Source: Hyphochytrium catenoides
Lineage: Eukaryota; Protista; Hyphochytriomycota
NCBI GenBank assembly: GCA_900088475.1
Contig: FLMG01003874.1
Span: 37,967 to 101,966 of the forward strand
DNA: 64,000 nucleotides
Direction of reading: 5' to 3'
Positions 49,591 to 59,887 of the stretch are shown piece after piece (position 1 is the first letter of the stretch; each line of letters opens with the position of its first letter). Below the pieces are notes generated by a model. That model saw nothing but the letters and a program-made list of their open reading frames with translations, did no database searches and had not been told where the DNA came from. Position numbers and translations under genes: made by a program.

Positions 49591-52466
49591 ATGACGACCG
49601 AGGTGGTATTCAGAGTCAGATCTTCTCAAGCTGGTGAGTTGGGCCAGCGACACCTACAGAAGGAGGTGCTAACTCTACTAAAAAAACTCTCTTCAACCAG
49701 GCCCCGCCACTTCACTCTATGTGACAGGAAGCTGCAAGGTAGTGTTGCAATAGCGTGGGCGCAGTCTGAGAGTGATGTGATTGCCTCACATCGGACTCCC
49801 TTGCTTGTTAGGCACTTGGAGAGTATTGCCTCCAGAATGCGATTAAACTAGAGAGGGGACCAGCGGAGGCAGAATGGACCACGCGGGTAAAAATCCCGAG
49901 ATCCCACTTGCCGTGCACCTATCGGTAGGACCTACGTTGGTGCAAATAGTATAGTGGAACCTCATGATCGAGTCATCTTGTTCCAGATACTTCCTCAGAA
50001 GGCTGGAGCGTCCTCACGAGCCTCATTCAAGCTACGGAGACTGGGAGATCCAGTGGGAAGCTAATGCAAACTCGCGTTGCATTACCGCCACTTCCCCAGG
50101 CTTAGGTCAAGTACGGAAATATTATTAGGCTTCTCCCTTCCACCGCCAGCGGCGAAATGGTTAACATTCTTTTACTGTCCTCTACCCAGGATACCGTTCA
50201 GGAAGATGGCTGGTTCGGTGACGCTAACTGTGGGGAGAAAAGGATTGAGGACAGGTGTGGCACGTACTGGCAGTCGTCATTACACTCCAGCCTTAGTTTT
50301 GCTCTAGATGGCTTATCCAGGACATGCACCTCCGGCTCTTTCTGGGTGGAAAAGGGTCGAGGTCAGATAGACGCAGATTGCCTCCTCTCACATTGTACAC
50401 GGTGGACAAGGTGAGCTAGCATGTTCCACCCTCTGGAGAAAGTTGGCACTGAGTCTGTTGTGTGAAGGATCAAGTCCGACACCTAACGATCGAGTGCCAT
50501 CGTCGAATGAACGACTGGCAGGATCAGGCACCACTATGTCAGAGGGTATGAACTCCTGAATAGTGCATGCAAACGAGTTTTCTGACCGCCAATTTAAGGT
50601 TACCGTAACAGAGCCATTGTCGTCGTACAAGGACATCATTTCGTTCTTGGGCAGTAGGCCAGATGAGTTCAACATCCTCATTACTCTGTATGCTGCCACC
50701 ACGTCGGGGAGTAGCGTTCATCAAGAAGAACCGATTGGAGAGGGCATCGTCCCGGCTGAGAGATTCCTTTCACATCGAGGATTTGTCACAGTACCAATCC
50801 TCTCACTTTCCACCACCAATACCAAAGGGAGATTCTTCCCAGTTTCAAAAGTCATTGGGGAGTTCACCGCTGAGTTTCAGGCTGTCATGCCTCTGAAGTT
50901 ACCGGCCTCTCTGCACAGAGTCAGGGATGACTCGCTATCAAAAAACTGGCGATCAACGTAGGTGCCATTCTTCTATGCGAACACTGCCTTAAACTCACTC
51001 CTATTCAAGGAGGCTTATGGACATCGGTCATCGGGGCTTGGGCTCCACCATAAAGCTGCACTCCTCTAGTCCAATGCTGAGTGAAAACACTGTTGAGTCG
51101 CTCAATGCTGCAGCAGCTCACGGGGTCGAATTTGTGGAGTTCGATGTGCAGCTTCTTGCGGATGGTAATTCCCTGTCGAAAAGGCTAACCACTTCATGAG
51201 CACAGCGTAACACATGGTGGTAAACAATCCTGCAGGAACCCCCGTGGTCTACCATGACTACATTGCCAAGTACTGTCCGCAGCTGCATGGCGACGTACAG
51301 CTTGAGGTTCCTCTGGCCAGTCTCACTTTGCAGCAATTCAAGCAGCTTGGGAGGAACCACAGGCCCGCCGGTCTTCCGCGGTCAGTCAATCCTACTTCAA
51401 AGGGGTGGTTTATATGCTAACACTTTTGTTAGATTGACAAGAAGGGCGTCCATGTCGGATGCGATATCAAAGAAGATAGTTGAGGACCAGAAACTTGTAA
51501 GGACTCTAGTCCAGGACGAAGGTGTTCCCCCGGACTATCATCTGGTGCCCTATACTTGTCATTCCACCTTCTCAACATTAGAAGAGGTACTTAGCCGATA
51601 TATTCTCCTCAACAGCCCCACATTGTCTTAAGCCTCTGAAATGCTCACAGGTGTGCCGCCTTGTCTCCAACAATGTTGGCTTCCTAGTGGAAGTGAAATA
51701 TCCTTCTGATTTGGCAAAGGAGAAGATGCGAATCAACTTTCCTGAAAGAAACTACGTCTGTGACCGAATACTGGAAGTGCTAGCGAAATGGGCCGGTAGG
51801 ACGCTGATGCACTGCATGTTCGCTCGTCTGGAGCGACGTAGAAATCCTTGACTTACGGGCTTCACCTTATAGGCCAACGTCGAATTGCCCTTCAGTCATT
51901 TGACCCAGAGGTTTGCGTTATGCTAAACCTGAAACAGCCTCTTTGTAAGTGCCCACCCGTAAGCCCATGCCACATAAGTCACTCACTTTTTCGGTTTGAC
52001 AGTTCATGTGCTATTTCTTTCTGATGCGAAGAGCGCTGAGATGCCAGCTGATTTTGAGGATGACGACCTCGATGTCTTTGATTCTCGGTGTACTCGGATC
52101 GACCGCTCGATTGATTTTGCATGCTCGGAAAAGTTTGCGGGCATCGTGATGGATGCGGTAGGACTCTTCTTTCAGTGGCGTAGCACATCTGCTCCAGCTA
52201 AGCATACCTAACTACCCTAACAGGCTGCACCCCTAAGCACCCCTGAAATAGCCGCTGACGCAAAGAAGAAAGGCCTTCTGATATTTACTTATGGCAAAGA
52301 TAATGCTGATGTTGTACAGATCAAGAAGGAGAAGGCCATCGGCGTTGACGCTGTGATAGGTACGCACTTTCGCTGCGGAGCTAATAAGATCAAACTGACG
52401 TACGATACAACGATCACAGGGGATTTTGTCTATCGGCACAAAAACAATCGAGATGCCTGCAGCTGA
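49591..52466 (+). CDS. GPCPD1: Glycerophosphocholine phosphodiesterase GPCPD1/GDE5 (Gde1-like) with N-terminal CBM20, multi-exon
   Basis: Spliced CBM20: MTTEVVFRVR..LYVTGSCKALGEY..AIKL..EWTTRVKIP..YRYF..QWEANANSRCI. GDPD domain: DIGHRGLG, ENTVESLNAAAAHGVEFVEFDVQL, PVVYHD, FSTLEEV, GFLVEVKYP, SFDPEVC, GVDAVIGD. Confidence 0.88.
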
Positions 52467-52996
52467 GTATTGGTGCGCTTCCTCCTGTACGTTGGCACTA
52501 TAGCACAGGCTCGGTGCCCAATACCGTCAGATGTACAATAAGTAGTTATAGTTATGGACCCTTGCGGTGGTCCTCTAACTTCCCTAGGGTGATAACCTAA
52601 TGCTGCAATAACGTGAAGAAGCTGACTTGCACCGTTTGCCCTCCTTTCCTGAGCTCATCCCTCTGAAGCCTTACACTAACACCTGAGTCTTAGAATGGCG
52701 CCAGTCGACTGTTGCCGGCCGGCCTGGATAAGCTTTAACCTATTGGCATTGTTATTGCTACGGGCATAATGGGCTCTGTCGCCAGGCCAATGGAGGAGTG
52801 CCGCTACTTCGGAGAAACAGGAAGAGAGGAGGTAACATGAGAGGGTCACCTCTGCGTTCCACCTCCCTTAACAGCGGAAGTCGGCATGCAAGCTAACAGG
52901 AGGGTCTAATACTGTCGGGTGGATCGATTACATTTCTCCCTAAATACACCTCCTTGATGCTTGCTTGGTTCACTTCTTAAGACAGGGTATGGAGTT

Positions 52997-54543
52997 TCAG
53001 TCGTTTCTGGAACGCTTTGGTTTTCCTCCATAATCACCATTGGAGGCTTGGGCTTGGGTGTGGTCGCTAGGTCCACTTTTCTTGTTAGACGTTCCCTTCC
53101 CGGCTGCTCCCTGGACGGAGAGAAGCTTCTTTCTTGTCTTTTCCGCTTCCTCCAGCGTCGCTCTTATCTGTTTCTCTAAGTACAAAATTTTCTGCTGCTG
53201 AAGCATCAAGAGCTTCTCTGGAAAGAACCACCGAACTTTAGATAATGCGGGCCATTTTGTTATGCGGTTCGTGTCAATGCTCACCTTTTCGTGAGAGCGA
53301 GTTCAGCATGCATCCTGCATAGCCTGTTCTTGATAAACTCTGCTTGGTCGACAAGCTCGGCGGCTGAAACGCAAAGGAGTTATTTTTGCGAGGTTTGGTC
53401 AAGCTTGGCTGGTCAGGTCCAATGGAGTTGGCGGAGTAGAAGATAGAGCTTGATTGTCCATGATGCAATGTCATATGCTGCAACAGCTTTTCCCAAGCCG
53501 TCTTGTAGTCAATGAGCTTCGCAGTCATTAAGGTGAGGTCCACATCCGAGGGATATACAAGAACTTGCTGACATGTCGTAGACCGCCAATCATTATCAAT
53601 CTCAGCCACGATGTCTTCCAGTGTACATGTCTCATTCGCGGATAAGTGCCCGTCTCGAATCTGCTTTAATTCTCCCAACCTGTGTGTCTGATCTCTATGA
53701 AACGCAGCCTGGGACGCAGCCTGAGTAACTCCCGGATTTTGGGTGTCTAGGAGAATAGTAAATGGATGGACTCCCGACTAAGTGCTCACCTGTTGCTCCA
53801 ACAGCTTTCTCTTGATATTTGGGTGGAGAGCTGAAGTGATCTTCGTAATCTCGAGACTTAGTCTCATTTCTTCAGCCGTTCGCTTCATGTTTGGGAAACT
53901 CTATTCATTACTGGTTGCAGCCAGATGGCAGACCTGAATGGGTCGCAAACGTAGGAGATCTATGTACAAGGTGATCCGTCAGCGCAGCTGTAAGTATTCG
54001 TATAGATCTGACAATCCCGGATATTTCGCTTAACAGGAGCTCCTCACGGATCTCAGCAATGCCATTTGCCTGCCTACGCGATACAGTGGCAACCCTTACA
54101 TAGAGGTGCGTCGCAAGCAAGGCGGAGGAACACGAGCTTTGGCACAGCCAACAGTCGTGATGATTTATTGATGACAGCACGAGGAAGCTCTCCACCCCAG
54201 GTGCCGCGCCGCGTCTTCGTCTGCTCAATAACATCGCTGAGCTTCTCTTTGTTCTTCAACTCAATCGGTAACCAAGCCAGGTTTGGAACTGGTTATCAAG
54301 ATGACACTTCTTATTTTGTTTCAGGTCAAATCCTGCATTTAGTTTCGTACGATCTTCAGAAGGATCGATAGCTGGGTGGACTTACTAACAGCCAATGGCT
54401 TCCCAAAATTACAACATTCTGGAGTCAGTTTTAATATCGTAGGTTACTTTAGGGCACTGTGTGTGGTTTTCTGTGCTCATTCTGTTCCGCTTTGTATGCT
54501 CTGTTCTTGAGGGACTGGGGCCTGGGCTGGCGTGGCTGGCCAT
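52997..54543 (-). CDS. Hypothetical multi-exon protein with C-terminal coiled coil (5' end uncertain)
   Basis: ORF segments 53908..54078, 53274..53750 and 52997..53240 join in frame through GT-AG introns. No family recognised. Confidence 0.45.
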
Positions 54544-54992
54544 CTGCAGATTGAAGACACGAGGATCTGGACTGTCCTGTTACTTGCTTGTTCTGGCAGT
54601 GCGTTCTGGAGCTCCACAGTGCCGCGCCGCAGCTGCATAGACGTTCGGTCATCTCCAGAGAGACTCGAGGTGGGAGACGAAGAGAGCGTTGGAGGGTGAA
54701 GGGAATAGAGCAGGGTAAGTCCAATGAATCTCGGATCGTCTTCCACAAGTGAAGACCTTATTGGCGGATGAATCTGATTCTGCTCTCACAGTTGAGGTTG
54801 GAGTTTATCTTCCGTAGAAAGAAAGGTAGACAGTTTGACTTTCATTCTGTCACAACACCGACTGCCATTCTTATTTGTGTTCCAATAGTGGTACAGACTG
54901 ACCCCTAAGAGAGAGCCAGCCCTTCCAAGGTAGCGCTAATCGCTTGTGCAACACTGTGGCCAGAGCTGACGCTCGTCTTTTCTAGCGTAGCC

Positions 54993-57489
54993 ATGAGTGA
55001 AATCGCCGATGCCGCCGAGAGGGCGAGAGCGATCGCCGCTCGCCTTACTGCCACACTGATGGGGGGAGGAGGAGGAGGCGGAGCACCTGCTCCAGTAGGT
55101 GCAGATTCAGGTGATAGATAGTTTAGCTTAGCCCTCACATAAGTGACGATGTGATGACTGACATGGTTTCTCTTAGGGGACGCTTTGGGCAAGAGGAAGA
55201 ACAGATGGACTGAGGTCTGCCTAGGAATATAGTTATCATCACTTGCTTGATACGAACTTGGAATTCTTAACCAACAGGAATCTGACAGCTCGAGCCAGTG
55301 GGGATGGAGCAAAGGTACGCCTCTTCCTGCCAAATTTGAAGATTCTCAAGCTAATAACAATGCTTAGGAGATGGAGACTCTAAGAAACGGAAGATTGAGA
55401 AGAAGATCTACATCCCTCAGGATAACCCAGATATCAATTTCATGGGCCTCTTGCTAGGACCCAGAGGATCCAATCAGAAGCGGATGGAGGAAGCTTCTGG
55501 GGCACGCATCTTTATTCGGGGCCGTGGTTCGTCTAAGGTGAGCTGTTTCCAGCCGGTTGACAATTCAAAGTAGTAACCAAGGCCTCGTCTTGGCCAGGAT
55601 CCTCTACCTGCCAATTCACCCGATGCAGATGAGGATCTCCATGTATTCATCACTGGCGAGACGGAAGAATCAGTAAGTACATGCCGTTTGGAATTAATCT
55701 TTGCCTGACCAACTGCGTGAAAGGTTGGTGAAGCCGCAAAAATGGTAGAAGAGATCCTGTTTAACCCTCAGCAAGCTATGGCACTGAAGCGGGCTCAGCT
55801 GCGAAAGTAAGTTCTGCACTTTTTCTCAGCTCCAAGGTTACCCATCAGCTTGACGGAATCGTCGTTTAGCTTGGCGGAGATGAATGGGACACTAAGGGGT
55901 GATGAGGGCACGGGTGGCTCTGGTCATTACGGACCTGGTAAGGATCATAAGCTTTGATGCATTTATATTTATAATCATTGGCCCTACAAGGAGGCGGAAA
56001 CTCCTTGTTAGGTGATGGCGAGAACAAGGTAGAACTCAAAGTACGGCAGGAGAATGTTGGCCTCATCATTGGCAAAGGTGGTGAAACAATTCGAGACATC
56101 CAGATGAGATCAGGGGCTCATATCCAGGTACGGTAGCTCAGTCGTCACTCCCCCGCCCACAGTCTGACGGTCCATTCAGGTCGTCAAAGAGACTGAGGTC
56201 AATTCCAGGGATTCGGACCGCTCCGTGTACATTAGCGGTGCGCCTGACGCGGTCGAAAGAGCAAAGAAGCTTATCAACCAGGTTCTAGGAGACCGCGGCC
56301 GGGGCACTTCGGGTGCAAAGGTTATCACAGTTGGGGTGCCCAACGAGAGAGTTGGGCTCATAATCGGCAAAGCTGGCACCACAATTAAGGGCATTCAGCA
56401 ACGGACAGGGACGAATATTAATGTACCGGATAGTGCAGACCAAAACAACCCTGCTCAAAGGTGTGTAAGGCTATGCTGAGTGGAAGAATTTGAGCTGACC
56501 CGCTGTGACACAGGACTGTGGAGATATCGGGGAGTGAAGAGGGTTGCGCTGCTGCAAAGGCAGAGATCGAGGGCCTGCTGTCTGGAGGGAACCCTGCTGT
56601 TCCAGCTGGGGCAATAGAGTACATGGTGGTTCCTAACGAGCGGGTGGGTGTCGTCATTGGCAAAAGAGGAGAAACGATAAAGGGCATCCAAGCTAGGACT
56701 GGATGCAAGATCAATGTACCTAACTTCCCTGATGCAAACTCAAATCCGCCCGTGAGGTATGGTTACTAGAGCGTGGTATATACTTCGTTTGCGCCTAACA
56801 CTCTCTGGTGCTATGCCAGGACCATCACCATTATTGGTGGCGATCCTAACCTTGCCAAGTATGAAATCCAGTCACTCCTGTCAGGCCAGGTGAGACAATC
56901 GCCTCCATCGGCTCAGCGTCTGCGATATCATTGACTCTTCACTTCCTGCCCCCTCAGTCATACGGGTTTGGACAACCACCGCCCCAGCAGCAGCAGCAAG
57001 GGTACGTTAACTCTACGTAATGAAAGATACGTGTTGGCAATTCTAACCCCATTAACTGTGGTCCAGATACTATGATCAGTACAGTAACTACCAGGTACTA
57101 AGGTTCTTCCTATCATTGATCGGTTCTCCTATTGACGTTGGACTCCTTTTGTTTCTTCATCACTGAAGTTCCCCCAGTATGGACAAGGCGGATTTCCGCA
57201 GCAGTACCCAGCAGCTGGCTATGATCAGGGCTACAACCAACCATCAGCTACCTCACAACCTGCTACTCAGCCAACGCCTGACCAGCAAGCACCTGGAACA
57301 ACTGACGATAGCGCTGCCCCTGGTACCACGAACGCACCCGCTGCGGGGGATCCCAACGACCCACACGCCTTTTGGTTCGGATTTGATGCATATGCTGGTT
57401 ATTATGGCCGCGAAGCTGCGGTACAAGCCTGGGGAAGTGAGCCGCCCCCAGAGGCCCTAAAGGCAGCCGCAACACCCCGACAGGTGTGA
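54993..57489 (+). CDS. KH-domain RNA-binding protein: FUBP-like N-terminal box + SF1/BBP-type KH-QUA2 + three type-I KH domains + Q/Y/P-rich tail; many small exons
   Basis: [14 protein letters not shown]; [59 protein letters not shown]; three VG(L/V)(I/V)IGKxGxTI GxxG loops. Confidence 0.88.
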
Positions 57490-57670
57490 TGGAGCGACGA
57501 AATACTCCGCGCAAGAGGAGGCTTTGAGGTACCGGCGGCTCCTATCACGTTGTACGTTGCGTTACCTTGAATCGACGCGCTCTATGTAACTTCAGACCTG
57601 CAGCGAGCAGACAAGGTCCTGGGCATCTACGGGGCTTTACCTCTGCCTCGCCTCACTATGAGAGGGACTC

Positions 57671-58129
57671 TCACAATGGGAGTAGGGCTTTAGCAGCGTT
57701 GATTATGTTATCTGGGTCCGAGAAGAGCATTAGCGTCAGCTCAGTGACCAGGCTGTACAGACTGAAGAACATCAGGATTGAATAAAGTCCGCCTTCTACA
57801 AGGATCTCCCTCTTCTTTCGCCTGAGGACACCGTACTTCAGAATCGTCGTAGGGTCAACAAGGTGCTCCTTCTGGCGATATCGGATGAAGTTTAAAGCCA
57901 CAAGTGGTAGTTGAGTCAGTAGCATGAGGTACTTCCCCGCTACAATCAGAAGGGATGACATCAGGAAGTGTAGGATATATGCGGGGAAGACCCATGGGTT
58001 GTAAGCTTCCGCGACGTCGGCCGGGTTCAGATAATCGCGCTCCAAGTCCCATAAACAGGTAAAAAGATGACCACTTAGGAAGCACAAAGCAGAGCTCGCA
58101 AGAAGCTCCACCACCCAGAGGAGCCACAT
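57671..58129 (-). CDS. Cornichon/Erv14 family ER cargo receptor, intronless
   Basis: LWDLERDYLNPAD..YNPWVFPAY.LH, LPLVALN, HLVDPTTI, three hydrophobic helices. Confidence 0.9.
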   Translation of the reverse strand: MWLLWVVELLASSALCFLSGHLFTCLWDLERDYLNPADVAEAYNPWVFPAYILHFLMSSLLIVAGKYLMLLTQLPLVALNFIRYRQKEHLVDPTTILKYGVLRRKKREILVEGGLYSILMFFSLYSLVTELTLMLFSDPDNIINAAKALLPL

Positions 58130-59244
58130 GGCGCAAAGTCGACCTGGATAAGTGAAAGCCGACCCGCTAGGTCTAAATGGCTATCCCTTTAACTCCTTCT
58201 TCCGGGGATGAGTTCCTCCTCTTCCTGTCTCCTTAATTCACAGCGCCAACCTCCTATCGTCGAGCGTCAAACCCAATATTAGTCGTCGTTTGTTGTCTAC
58301 CCATAAGATCCGGTCTCAGCGTCCAAAGGGCTTTTCTCCAGAGCGGAACTCCTTCTCCCTGCGCAAATAGCTCGTCTACCACAGATAACCCAGTTGCATC
58401 CACAGGGTGCGACCGCACCGTCGCAATTCACAGAAAAGAGCCCTCTCGGAGGTACAAGGATCAGCGGCAGCACCAGGAAGGCGAGAGGCGAGTGACCTGC
58501 GAGTGAGCAGATGAAGAAAAGACCGTGGCGGAAGTTGACTAGCCGGTAGGCGGGCAGTGGCAGTGACACGGTGATACATGACGGTTCGAAGTCGGTATTA
58601 CTAAACTTCAGCCTAGAGTCCTAGGGCTGAGAATCGGTGTACATCATGGGCTATTATTACTGTAGCTTGGTGCCCTAAAGATACACTCCTCACACTCTCG
58701 CCTAGGTCCTAACAATAATATAATTGTCCTGGGTCCTGGGTCCTCATGGGTCCTCGGCAGCGCGCACATACAAGGACCTTCATTCAGATGCTGGCTGGTC
58801 CAGGACTTGTCCCTTGCTTGCGTTTGATGACAGACAGCAGCCACCCTTGTAAAAGGAAAGGCACCAAAGAGCCGGAGGATAAATGCGACCTTGAGGAGCT
58901 GCCTTCCGCATGTTGTTGAAAAGAGGGACCCGATCAGTTTGCGCTCCTCCGAGTCTCCATGAGCAGAATCGATATGAGTGGCCTGCATTATTGCACAACT
59001 CTCTCAGCCAGGTACTTCCAGTTCAGCGTCGAAGGAGCTTGGAGCCTTACGAGCATCGCTCACCCATCTAGGAGTGCCGACATTGATGGGAGGACGTCCG
59101 AGGTGGCTTATGGTTTCCTGCCTGTCTAATGGGACGGATGGTTGAAGCGATTTGTCGCCTCTGCTCGTTGGGATATACACCTTGTCCTGTGACCCACGAC
59201 ACTGTATTGTGGTTTGCGAATGTGCTCAACGAGACCAGGTGCTC

Positions 59245-59383
59245 AACAGCTAGACTTCATGTAGAGTCGGTCACGTGCTCAATAGAAGTAGTAACTCTCT
59301 CTTTGAAGGACTATGTGCTGAACAGCTAGTCTTCATGAAAAGTCGGTCGCCTTCAACGAGAATAGTAAGCTCTGCCTTGAAGG
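59245..59383. repeat. Imperfect tandem duplication, period about 76 bp
   Basis: AACAGCTAGaCTTCATG..AGTCGGTC..TAGTAA..TTGAAGG at 59245 and again at 59321. Confidence 0.7.
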
Positions 59384-59887
59384 CTTCAGCCTCACGTCAG
59401 AACAGAACAGAATGCAGAATTCAGGCTTAAAGTCTGCATCTATCTTACGTGTGACTTTTAACAACCAAATGTCTCCCTTCCTCTAAATGTTTGGGGACTC
59501 TGCGCCGCAATAGTATCCCTACTTTCTTGCTGACTTTTGATCGTTTACCAATGTTACATATCTCTGCCTCTTCGTCGGGGTGGAAGAAAGCAAGGTGCTA
59601 CACAGCTGCTGCTTACAAAAAAATCGAAGAGACATGATCTGTCTTGCAAGCGTTCTCATCATGGGCGTTTGATGGCTACGCTTTGATGCCTTCCTTTTCA
59701 AGGTCAAAGGTCAAATCTTGCTCTACGGTCAGCGCCAGCGCCAGAAAGTGGGTCGCGAGCTTCCAGGACAGCGAGGTTGGAGTAGCACACTATTGGTATT
59801 ATTACAACGAACGGTTATTCACATAGCTTGCCTTTTAGAAAAAGAATCCATCAGCGTAGTAGTGTATGGCAAAGCTTGCTGCAGAGC

